A DNA stretch of 64,000 nucleotides from Folioceros fuciformis (lineage: Eukaryota), in NCBI GenBank assembly GCA_049999805.1, contig JBNGIO010006396.1, positions 1 through 64,000 of the forward strand. The letters run 5' to 3'. Below, piece by piece: positions 50,413-61,988 of this stretch. Numbering within the stretch: position 1 is the first letter of the stretch; every line of letters starts with the position of its first letter. The notes under the pieces are model-generated. The model searched no databases. It was not told the DNA's origin and worked only from the letters and a program-made list of their open reading frames with translations. The position numbers were made by a program, and so were the translations under genes.

Positions 50413-51588
50413 ACCATCCTTCCATTCAATTCATGATCCACAAACCTACCACCTCCTGCACTGTATTCCCCCATCTGCGACGCATGGGCGAGCGTGTGCT
50501 ATGACAAAATCACACTGACATCACTCCACCACATGGTCCGTCCCTCGGTAACGTGTCCCATCGTCTCCTCCTTCCTACAACACCCAGATGCACGTCCATG
50601 CCCCGATCAACATGGTCGAAACCGCGCCGGGAATATCACCACCACATGCCACTCCTCTTTTTCTCATAAAATGTATTAAACAAATATATTTTTGTTTTCT
50701 TAATCCCTCCGCACCGGTTTTCTTTAATCAGATTCCGTAATCTCCACATTAAACAAAAAAACAAACCTCATTGCCAGCCTAAACGACTAAAATCTAGAAT
50801 CAAGTGAACTAATTACGATTCCAGTCCAGTCCTGTCGAGTCGAGTCGAGTCGCGGCGGAAGGCAGCCACGTTTTCTCATGGGAAATCGCGTTCTCCATCC
50901 GCCTGNNNNNNNNNNNNNNNNNNNNNNNNNNNNNNNNNNNNNNNNNNNNNNNNNNNNNNNNNNNNNNNNNNNNNNNNNNNNNNNNNNNNNNNNNNNNNNN
51001 NNNNNACCTTTTGTCATGGGAAATCGCGTTCTCCATCCGCCTGCTATTCTGGCTGTTTGTGGGTGTTTGACGGGTGCCAACTTTTCTTCCTCGCTCTGCT
51101 TGCTTCCTTGCTTCCTTCCTTCCTTCCTTCCTTCTTTCCTTCTTCGGCTTTGCTTTGCTTGGCTTGGCTTGGCTTGGCTTGATCTGGTGTGGTTTGGTTT
51201 CATTCCGTTCAGTGCCGTCCTGTGCTTTCCTTCCCTTTTGTTCTGGGCCATCCTGCATGCCGCATGCCACCCTGCATGTCCTCCTGGCATTCCCGAGTCT
51301 CGTTATCCCCATTGCCTGCATGCCCCATGCATTCCAAGTCAAATTGGAATGGCAGAAAGAGCAGGTTCCTGAGCTAGCGTCCTTGCTCGCCCACTTCACC
51401 CACCCCTCACCCGCCCCCTGCAACATACCTCGTCACCACAGGAACAGTGCACGTACTGCGGCAGCTGGGGGCTTTCGTCTCCGGGAATGAAACTCCTGAA
51501 ATCACACTCTTTGTGCCTTGCCAGCTGGGCTGTAAATCTGCGTCCTGTGCGTGGACAGGCACATCAGGATCAGAGAGCGCGGGGGCTG

Positions 51589-51595
51589 TATAAAT
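51589..51595 (+). promoter_or_regulatory. Candidate TATA box (TATAAAT) for the glyoxal oxidase gene
   Basis: TATAAAT in GC-rich context, followed by a pyrimidine patch, about 560 nt upstream of the ATG. Confidence 0.4.
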
Positions 51596-52147
51596 GTGCC
51601 TCGCCTGCTCCTTCTTCCTTCACGTGTTGAATCTGCGCAGGCATTTAGAGCCCTGGTTAAAGGGAGGTAGTGTTGTATCCGTCCTCCTTACTTCCTCCTC
51701 GTCTCCTCAGCTTTTGTTGTTCCTTCCTTCCTTCCTACTTCCTTCTGCAGTGCAGTGCAGTGCAGTGCGGTGCGGTGCGGTCCAGTTCAAGGCGGCAAAG
51801 CGCAGGGGCCTGGCATTCTTGCTTTCCTCTGCCAGTTTCTGACAGTTTCCACGGCCCGCTCCAAATTAACGTCTCCATTTGTACCACTTCTTTAAATAAG
51901 TCGAGGCAGAGGAGGGGCCCGGGACCAGCTGTGCTCTGGGTGCGCATGAATTGCGACAAGGAGAGCCGTCCAGGTCCAGGACAGGCTCTTGGTGGGCAGC
52001 ACTGACTTGCTTCGATTAGGATTCGATTTGAGTCGTCTCGTTCCCATTCGGAGGTCGAGGCCGCGGCCGAGGCCGGGGCCGGGTCCGGGGCCGGCACCGA
52101 TAGAGAGCAGGCCTGGGAGGGAGGACAAGGGGAGGAAGGAAGGAAGG

Positions 52148-54155
52148 ATGAGGATTGTGACCGGGTTTGCGGTGCTCGCTACGCTGCTGCATTTGCTGGG
52201 AGCTCAAGGGCAGTATCTCGCCGTCAGTCCCGGGAGGTTCCAGCTGCTGGTGGGGAATGGCGGGGTGTCGGCCATGCATATGTTCCTCACCATCGCCAAC
52301 ACTGTCGTGCTCTTCGACCGGACGGATTACGGGCCGTCGCAGATTCTGTTGCCCAACGGGGTATGCAGGAACGACCCCAAAGATTTGGCGCTCACCGTGG
52401 ACTGTTACGCGCATTCCGTGGAGCTGGACTTAGCCAACAATGCTGTAAGGCCGCTCTTCCTCTTCTCCGACACCTGGTGCTCTTCTGGGGCCACCGCTGC
52501 CAACGGGACGCTCATTCACACCGGAGGCTACAACGACGGGGAGAAGGTGGGTTCCTGGAGTGAGGAATTTGGTATCTTAAGGAAAACTGGCCTGCTCAAT
52601 TGAACTGGCCTGCTCAATTGAAGAAGTAGATAAGTGAAACAAATTTCGTGGGTTGTCGGTGCAGGTCGTGAGGGAATTCACACCTTGTTCGGATGGGTCG
52701 TGCGACTGGGTCGAGCTTCCGTCTTCTCAGGCGGCGCTTGCAGTCAAGAGATGGTACGCTACCAACCACATCCTCCCGGACGGCAAGACCAGCATCGTGG
52801 TGGGAGGGACTGGGGCCTTCAGCTACGAATTTGTGCCCAGGCCGACCGGGCAGGGGGCCATCAATTTTCCCTTCTTGAGAGAGACCAATGTGCAGGGCGT
52901 GCAGAATAATCTGTACCCCTTTGTGTTTCTCATGCCTGATGGGAACCTCTTCATCTTTGCCAACAACCAGTCCATCGCCTTCAACTACAAAACCAACAAG
53001 GTGAGTGACGACTGCAGTCTGTGTAAAACTTTTGTGCACCATTCTCTGATTCAGAGGCTGCTCTTTCCAATTCACACGACGCTGGCAGAGAATAGATCTA
53101 CAGAGGATTAGATGACATCTCAGACTGATGTAATGGGTTGGAAGCAGGTGGTGAGGACGTACCCGGTGTTGAATAGCGCTGGAGGAGGCAGAAACTATCC
53201 TTCCACGGGGAGCGCCGTGTTGCTTCCGTTGCTCGCAAGACAGGGCTTCTCCAGAGCTGAGGTGCTGGTGTGCGGGGGAGCTCCGGTTCAGGCTTTCCAA
53301 CAGGCCAACAAGAAGGTGTTCTTGCCAGCCCTGGCCGATTGCGGGCGGCTCACAATCACGGACTCAAATCCCGCCTGGAGAATCGAGACCATGCCCACCT
53401 CATGGGTGATGATGGACATGGTTCTGCTGCCCACGCAGGAGGTTCTCCTCATCAATGGGGCTGCTCTCGGGGTTGCAGGCTGGGGCCTGGCAGACAACCC
53501 TGTCTTCAGCCCTGCGCTCTACAGACCCAATGGCTCTTTCGGCTTCAGATTCACTGTAAGCTGAGCTGGCTGCCGTTGTTTTAGTTGTCCTCACGTCAGT
53601 CTCCAGCAAGTGCATGTCTCAAGTGACGTATTGTGGTTCTTTGGAATGTGGCAGACTCTGGAGGCAGCCACCATCCCAAGGATGTACCACTCTACAGCGG
53701 TGCTGCTGCCCGACACCCGCGTGCTGGTGGGCGGCTCCAACACGCATTCCGGCTATGTCTTCAGCGGGAAGTATCCCACCGAGCTCAGGCTGGAAGCCTA
53801 CTCTCCATATTACCTGGATGCGGAACATGACATCCTGCGGCCCAGCATTACCAGCCTGTCCACAACAAGAGCAGCATATGGCAGCAGCGTCGACGTGACC
53901 TTCTCTCTGGCAACCATTCCCAATTTCAGGTTCGCGGTCGCTTTATACCATCCGCCCTTCACAACCCATTCCTTCGGCCAGGGGCAAAGACTCCTCATGT
54001 TGGCAAACACCAACCCTGTTTCAGCCGGGGGTGGAGTGTATACCACCACTGTCAGAGTTCCAGACAACAACGTCCATGCCCCTGCAGGCTACCATCTCCT
54101 GTTCCTCGTCAATTCCGGTGTCCCCAGCGCAGGAGCCTGGCTGCAGCTTGCCTAA
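52148..54155 (+). CDS. GLOX: Secreted glyoxal/aldehyde oxidase (copper radical oxidase, AA5), 4 exons
   Basis: Signal peptide, then GVSAMHM, DTWCSSG (cofactor Cys), RWYATN, NNLYPF (Tyr), RNYPSTGSAVLLPL, PRMYHS, FTTHSF and a C-terminal PAGYHLLFLV..GVPS. Confidence 0.95.
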
Positions 54156-55561
54156 CTTAACCTCACACCTTGGCACTATGTCTCAGCAGACGGCTCGCAG
54201 ATCAGCTGGGCACAGGGAAACTACCTGCCTGGGCTGTCAGTCAGGATCACAAAACCAACGAAGCTTGGTTTTGCCATCGACTCTTGTGCTTGGTCTTCGG
54301 CTGGATCACTTACACGACTGCTGTGCCTGCTCTACCTACGTCCATTTTCATGTCCAAGAGTGGCATTAGGTCCCAACATATATCCCTAATTGTTGGAGAG
54401 CCTCTAGGGCATCAACCAGCCTCCAGGAATCAGGAAATTTGTGATCATTGAAGATGAACAGGAGCTCAGAGCTATCCGAATCCCTACTATTGTAGAGTAG
54501 TAGGCTCCAGCAGTATTCTTTCAGCGCGCTAGCGATTTTGGAATCACCCCATTCCTTGTAGTTAGTAAGGCAGTCCCTGCAATCATAAAAGAAAACTCAT
54601 ACATTTCTTACAGGCAGGCCCATTGTTCACCTGAAGTAAACGACAGACAGTCAAGACAGCCCGCATGTTACGTGACACATGCAACCCACAAAACAAGGAG
54701 ACTGCGCGTGCAAGAGTGTTAGCCTGGATGCTCTCTGCATGTACGCGTTCTTACATGGAATCTCCTGCTTCCAGCTTGACTTGCTATGTTGCACAAGGCG
54801 GCTGCCGTCCCAGGCCATTGGCCACTGCTGGTACACGGAGCTCCGCAGCTCACAGCGATGACAGCACGTCCCACACGCAGGGATTTGCAACAGCAACAGT
54901 GTGCCAAGTAGACAGCTGGCTTCTGCAGTGCTCGTCGCTGCCGGCTATGCATACCACAGTGGACAACTAATTTTCAGGTTGCCCGTTATGCATTTCATAG
55001 TGAACAACTCTCTTTTCTGCTGCCGGCGATGCATTCCAGGGTGGACAAGCTTTCTTGTTCTTCTCCATCACTGGATGTTTGAAACCTCCTTGCAAAAGGC
55101 TCAGAGCGGTTTGCACATTGATTCACAAAGCACACAGCAAGTTGTGATCAAAACGTTTCACGGGGTGGCTGATTTCCAATAGTGAGATAAATTTCGGAGG
55201 CCTGATAGGATTGAGGATACGAAGAGAATCAGATGCTTCAACCTGAGTTTTTTGCATTTCAAAAAGCAGACAACCATACAGCTTCTGCAAACTTCTGTTT
55301 CAACATGAGTAACCCTCGTCGGATACAAAACACGCTGAAAAAACCTTCGCCGCAAGCTGACAGTGCGCGGAGCCCTCTGCTACCCTGAATGACCTCACTA
55401 CAACAGCAGTGTACAACCTCACAAGCCCAGGGCATGCTACAAACAACCTGCACCCGATACTTCAGCTGCCCGTGGGGCGTGCAAAACGTCCCGAGATCAG
55501 CCTTGCTGCGCAGCCTGACGCAAGACCTGGAGAGAAAACAGGCAAGTTATCCAATCCCACC

Positions 55562-56230
<669 letters not shown>

Positions 56231-56734
56231 CTAAGCAGTTTACAGCGATGCTGTGTGCCCGCACACTGAATGCCCTTCGTAGAGGAAGTTCACCAAGCCC
56301 TAGAAAAAGCCCTAAAACGCGAAGTCCTGCATAATTCGTCTTTTATCTAAAACTGTCTCCTGTCAGAAACGAAGGGCCGAGACGATGGAAAATCGAGGAA
56401 CCTCGATCCTTCAAGTGCTGGTCGCCCTCGATAGACGATGGTGGGCTCCTGCCGGGGCTGGTGGAATTCTGTCAGGCAGAGGGGAATGCCGTTTTGTAGA
56501 CCGTTCGGCTGCAGCTGGATTCTGATGGGAGGCTCGTTGGCAGGGAAATTGGTGGAGACGATTTTTTTGGGACCCTGCGCCTTAGTGGGATTCCAGGCAA
56601 GTAAAGAACAACCGCAGATGGCCTGAGGTCTGGGACAGGCAGGCCCACGAGATCCTCTGGTTGATCTATTCGGACAAGGCAACTGCTGGGTGTGTGGATG
56701 TGGAGCCTTGTGGTTTGGATAGGGGGACTGTGCA

Positions 56735-59700
56735 TTGTGCCTCCGTCGGGTGCTGTCGGGGCCTGGAGGGTTACTACAAGGGGTAATGGCTGACACAGTG
56801 AGGAAGCTATGTGATGGGGGTCTGCTCACAGAGGCTGTTGAAGCTTTGGGTGTTTTGGTGCAGACTGACATCTGTCTTTCCAAATTCCTATTCTATGCGG
56901 TGCTGAAGCAATGTGTGGTCAAGAGGGATGTGGTTCTGGGGAGCCGAGTGCATGCATTCTCGGTGAGGAAGGGGTACGAGTCAGATACGTTTCTGGGCAA
57001 CCACATTCTGCGAATGTATGCTTCTCATGGCAGGTTGCAGGAAGCGATGAATGTGTTCGAAGCTGTTGCTGAACCGGATGCCTTTATGTGGTCTTCCATA
57101 ATATCTGCGCATGTGAAGCACGGACAAGACAAGCAGGCAATACTTTTGTACCATCGAACGCGCGGATCCAGTGTGAAGTTAGATGGGCATGTCTTTGTGG
57201 CAGCGCTGCAAGCCTGTGCGAGGGATGGGGACTTGAAAACCGGACAGCAGGTTCATGCTGATGTGTTGGTAAGTGGCTTGGAGTCTGACTTGTTTGTAGG
57301 TAACGGCTTGGTAAACATGTATGCAAAGTGTGGCTGCTTGGAGGACGCTCAGGGAGTGTTTGATGGACTCCATAACAAGAATGTGGTGACGTGGAATGCC
57401 ATGATAGGAGGGTATTCCCAGCAGGGTATGGGCCACCAGGCCCTCCGTCTCTACTGTGCAATGGAAGAGGAAGGCGTCATTGTACCCAATTCCGTGACAT
57501 TTGTGTGCCTCCTTCAGGCATGTGCAAGTGTTGGCACCTCGGCGTTGGAGAGGGGGAAGCAGCTTCATGCCCAAATCAGGCAACTAGGACATGAATCTGA
57601 TAGGTTTGTTGCGAACAGTTTGCTGAACATGTACGCGAAATGCGGCAGCTTAAACGATGCTTGGAGAGTGTTTGACGGCCTTGGTCAGAAAGATGTGCTG
57701 ATGTGGAATGTCCTGATAGCAGGGTGCGTCCATCAGGGCAGACACCAGGATGCCCTTAGTCTTTACAGTGCGATGCTGGAAGAGGGTGTGGCTGTACCCG
57801 ATTCCGTAACGTTTGTTGGCCTCCTCCAAGCATGTGCAAGTTTGGGCACACCGGCCTTAGGGAAGGGGAAACAGCTTCACGTGCACATCAGAGAACGGGG
57901 GCATCAAGGTGATGCCTTTGTAGGTAGCAGTCTTGTGAACATGTATGCCAAGTGCGGTAGCATAGAACATGCTCTTAGAGTTTTCGATGGGCTTGGTCAG
58001 AAGCATGTGGTGACATGGACTGCCATGATAAGTGGATATGCTCAGCAGGGCATGCCTCAGGAAGCCTTTCGTCTTTACAGTGCCATGCAAGAGCAAGCCA
58101 TGTCTGTACCTGATTCTGTGACATTTGTTTGCCTCCTACAAGCATGTGCCAGTTTAGGTGCCCAGGCTTTAGAGAAGGGTAGGCAACTTCATTCGCAAAT
58201 CAGGGAGCTAGGACACCAAACCGATGTGTATGTGGCAAACGCTTTGGTGAACATGTACGCAAAGTGTGGTAGCTTGGGAGACGCCGAGAGACTATTTGAT
58301 GGACTTGGTCATAAAGATGTGGTAACGTGGACCTCCATGATAGCAGGGTATTACCAGCAGGGCATGGGGCACAAAGCCCTTTGTGTTTACAGTGCTATGC
58401 AACAAGAAGGCATGGCTGTGCCTGATTCCGTGACGTTTGTGTGCCTCCTACAGGCATGTGCAAGTGTGGGCGCCCCAGCCTTGGACAAAGGCAAGCAGCT
58501 TCATGGTCTAATCAGGGAACTAGGACGTGAAGTTGATGAGTTCCTTGCAAACAGTTTGGTTAACATGTATTCAAAGTGTGGCAGCTTGGAAGACGCTCGA
58601 AGAGTATTCGATCGGCTTGGCCAAAAGGACGTGGCTACGTGGAACGCTATAATAGCAGGATATTCTCAGCAGGGTATGGGGCAGGAAGCTCTTCTCCTCT
58701 ACAGCAGTATGCAACAAGACAGCTTGGCTGTGCCCGACACTGTGACATTCATGTGCCTCCTTCAGACATGTGCCAATGTGTCAGCTTTACATCTTGGCAG
58801 GCAGCTACACGCACAGATCGTAGAACAAGGGCTTCAGGCTGACGTGTGTATAGCCGGCAGTTTGATACACATGTATGGAAAGTGTGGGAGCACGGTTGAT
58901 GCGCAGCTTGTCTTTGACGCCCTGCTTGAACGAGATGTGGTCACATGGAATGCACTCATCGCCGGCTACACCTGCCAAGGAGACAGTGATGTGGTCTTTG
59001 CCTTGATTCCGAGAATGAGAGACGAAGGCACACAACCAAACGGTGTCACATTCCTCAGTGTACTAACAGTGTGCAGTCATGCAGGTCTAGTGAGCAAGGG
59101 GTGGGAGTACTTTGAGGCCATGGGTAGAGAGTACAGCATAACTCCTACAGAGAACCATTACACTTGCATGGTGGATATTCTGGGTCGCGGCGGACAACTG
59201 GAGGAGGCTCTACGTCTCGTCAAGTCAATGCCCACACCACCAAGTACTCCAGTATGGCACATTCTGCTGGGTGCATGTCAGAAATGGAGCAATGTGGAGG
59301 TCGCAACCCATGCTTTCAATGAAGCACTGAAGCTAGACAGAAACGATGCCACCGCATACGTGTTGATGTCGAACACTTTCACCAGTGCCCAGATGTGGAA
59401 GCAGGCACAGAACATCCATGCACAGAGGAAGCTAATCAGGGCATGGAAGCAGCCTGGTCAGAGCTGGTGGACAGACCAAGGTGGACTGGTCCACAGCTTT
59501 TTGGTGGGGGATGAGAAGCATCTTCAGGGCCGCCAAGGAAGGATTAGGCAGATACTCCCTACCTTGAACACACAAGAATCTGTAGTGCACCTCAAGTCAT
59601 CACTGACAGCAGGGAATCTGCTGTCTGACACGGAGGAACTTCGTCCATGTGGACACAGCGAGACGCTGGCTCTCTCTTATTCCCGAAGGAATGTTCTCCA

Positions 59701-59800
59701 TGGTTCCACCATAGTCACAGCCAAAGATCTACGTCCTTACACATGTCGAGAATGGTTGTTTCAAACACATGCAATTTGGATGCTAACCGTGCAGGGTTGA
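56735..59800 (+). CDS. PLS-class PPR editing factor, about 23 motifs plus E1/E2 and a degenerate WW-type DYW domain
   Basis: L-S-P triplets, P2-L2-S2, E1, E2, KQPGQSWWTD and CGHSETLAL are retained. The CxxC motif is degraded (LRPYTCREW) and there is no DYW terminus. First in-frame ATG is at 56786; an upstream targeting exon (from about 56438) is possible. Confidence 0.92.
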   Translation: MCLRRVLSGPGGLLQGVMADTVRKLCDGGLLTEAVEALGVLVQTDICLSKFLFYAVLKQCVVKRDVVLGSRVHAFSVRKGYESDTFLGNHILRMYASHGRLQEAMNVFEAVAEPDAFMWSSIISAHVKHGQDKQAILLYHRTRGSSVKLDGHVFVAALQACARDGDLKTGQQVHADVLVSGLESDLFVGNGLVNMYAKCGCLEDAQGVFDGLHNKNVVTWNAMIGGYSQQGMGHQALRLYCAMEEEGVIVPNSVTFVCLLQACASVGTSALERGKQLHAQIRQLGHESDRFVANSLLNMYAKCGSLNDAWRVFDGLGQKDVLMWNVLIAGCVHQGRHQDALSLYSAMLEEGVAVPDSVTFVGLLQACASLGTPALGKGKQLHVHIRERGHQGDAFVGSSLVNMYAKCGSIEHALRVFDGLGQKHVVTWTAMISGYAQQGMPQEAFRLYSAMQEQAMSVPDSVTFVCLLQACASLGAQALEKGRQLHSQIRELGHQTDVYVANALVNMYAKCGSLGDAERLFDGLGHKDVVTWTSMIAGYYQQGMGHKALCVYSAMQQEGMAVPDSVTFVCLLQACASVGAPALDKGKQLHGLIRELGREVDEFLANSLVNMYSKCGSLEDARRVFDRLGQKDVATWNAIIAGYSQQGMGQEALLLYSSMQQDSLAVPDTVTFMCLLQTCANVSALHLGRQLHAQIVEQGLQADVCIAGSLIHMYGKCGSTVDAQLVFDALLERDVVTWNALIAGYTCQGDSDVVFALIPRMRDEGTQPNGVTFLSVLTVCSHAGLVSKGWEYFEAMGREYSITPTENHYTCMVDILGRGGQLEEALRLVKSMPTPPSTPVWHILLGACQKWSNVEVATHAFNEALKLDRNDATAYVLMSNTFTSAQMWKQAQNIHAQRKLIRAWKQPGQSWWTDQGGLVHSFLVGDEKHLQGRQGRIRQILPTLNTQESVVHLKSSLTAGNLLSDTEELRPCGHSETLALSYSRRNVLHGSTIVTAKDLRPYTCREWLFQTHAIWMLTVQG

Positions 59801-60329
59801 GAATGGTCGGTGCAACGGCCGCCGGTACTGACTCTTAAACCCTAAACCTGGGTCTTCCTTGTTCTAACCGTCTGTGCAGGTCCGCAAACCATTTATCCAC
59901 GGCATGGCGGGGATCGCTTTGCAGATGGTATCTCGAATGGCGCACATTCAGTCGACGCTCACCCCGCACCCATCACAGCTCAGCACTCTACACCATCCCC
60001 TATTCCTTCCTCCCGTGTGCAGGGAATGAAGTCGAATGCTTCGCGAAATTTAACGGCTTACCAAATGTCATGTTCCTACCTCATGAACTCTGACGGGGGG
60101 TCGAGGAGGAACTTCATGACTATTTCAATGATTGTATAATAAGTACAAAAAGCCTGTCCCCTGCCGGGGATGTAGCCTAAACCCTAAACCCGAATCTCTC
60201 ATCGAATGCTTCATGAGGTAGTACGGCGAGTATTACATTAAGCCGAGAGTGTGCATGGGCTTTTTTCCCATTCACCACAACCTACTTGCAAGAGGATCTG
60301 CTTAGGTTTGCTATGTCCTACCACCTCAA

Positions 60330-61450
60330 TTACTTGTGTTCGCTGGTTGCAGTGGACCTCCAACCCATAGAAATTCCTAGCTTCTGAAATATCCTAGGGA
60401 GGATTTTACTAGTTGAGAAGGAAGTTGGAATTGCTCTCAAATGACTTGCAACTAGGACCGCACCCTCAATGAGTTGTTTGGTGTTGGTTCGTCCACGGCC
60501 TTCAATGTTTGTCGACGATTCGTGACTTCTATTTTGCGGCGTGGCAAACATCACCTACAGTGGCCAACTACTCCAAGGTTCACAAAGATAAAGCAAGGCT
60601 TTCAACTTCAACTTGGATTTGTGAATTGTTGTGGCGCTATTGACACCATTCATTTCACCATTGAATTGTCTGCAGGCTCGCTAAGCACGGATTGGTATGT
60701 AGGTATGGCACCTACACCATGGCTATGCATGCAATGGTAGGTCCCGACAAAGCTTTCCTTGATGTAGTCACTAGGTGGCCTAGAAATGCCACAGATAATA
60801 GAATTTTTTAGAACAATTCGTTTGTATGCTGATGCATTTTCAGGCAGATGCTTGAATGGTCCAGTCTTACAACTCAGTAAAGGTGTGGTTCAGGAAGACA
60901 TTATGGCAAATGCTAGGTATCCCAACGTGCCTTGGATTGTCGACATTGTAGCAAATGCCAGGTATCCCAACGTGCCNNNNNNNNNNCCTTGGATTGTCGA
61001 CATTGTAGCAAATGCCAGGTATCCCAACGTGCCATGGATTGTCACACCATCTCCCAGAAGGTAGTTATTAGCTCAATGGGGTTCTTTTAATTTCAAGCAG
61101 TCCTCCATTCACATGGTGGTGGAGGGAGCCTCATCAGCTTAAATGGATGTGTCGTATGCTCGGATGAAAAGTATGGAGGGTTTCCGCTGAATATTTCGCT
61201 GAAGTGACATGTACCTATTGCATTTTGCACAACATACGTCTCCATGTACCTATTGCATTTTGCACAACATACGTCTCCAATATGGTGAGCCTAAATACTG
61301 CAAGTTGTTTGAAGGATTTGTTCCTGAGAGAAGAGTGCACATACTAAGTGGAAGGCAAGAAGGAGATAATGTTGAAGAATCCCACAAATTGAGAGAAACA
61401 CTAATGTTGTACACGTGTGAATCAATAGAGACTTCCTATGCAAGTCATCT
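60330..61450 (+). mobile_element. PIF/Harbinger (HARBI1-type DDE) transposase remnant
   Basis: FGVGSSTA, LQWPT, GFVNCCGAIDTIH, MANARYP (for GDxxYP), HMVVEGA and CILHNI, with frameshifts and stops. Confidence 0.85.
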
Positions 61451-61496
61451 TTTTATAGGAAATAGAATCGTCATTATAAAGGCTTGTTGGATTTTC

Positions 61497-61950
61497 CTAT
61501 ACACTCTTAACGAATATGATGTTCTCACCTATGCTTTTGAGTGCTGACACATAAAGTACAGTATTTTGTGAATCAATCTCAAATATGTGATTCTCCATAT
61601 CTTCATGCCTACGTTGATCATGTTGAACCAATTCCGTATGTCTTCTATCACGGCTAGTGTCAGTAGCTGCCAATGCCTCAACCAAGGCTTGGTTGTTACT
61701 CCTCAAAGTAGGGAGAACACCTTATGATGACTTGCCTCTCACTTTCCGCCTTTTCCCTTGAGTGCTGGTCTTGGTAGGTAGGTTAGATATAAGTACTCTT
61801 AGTTTCCAGTGTCTTAGTAGGTTCTATGGGTCCACATCCTCATCAGTGTGTTGACTACAACTGCTCGGCAGTAGTGTCCAAATAAATCAAAATCCTCATC
61901 ATCCCTTTGTATTGAACCACTTGAAGGTATGGCAAATTTGTCAACACCTG
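61497..61950 (-). mobile_element. Probable remnant of the second (convergent) PIF/Harbinger ORF
   Basis: Convergent helical ORF tail (ALVEALAATDTSRDRRH..YVSALKSIG) abutting the transposase 3' end, as in two-ORF Harbinger elements. No Myb/SANT motif is visible because the LTR insertion interrupts it. Confidence 0.45.
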
Positions 61951-61988
61951 CACGCAACTAAAGCTAATCAAATATTACCACAAACAAT

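Noticed and set aside
59440-59800. U-to-C (KP/GRP-type) editing domain
   Set aside because: The box is PGQSWW with HSE, i.e. WW-type, and lacks the KPAxA/HAE/GRP hallmarks.
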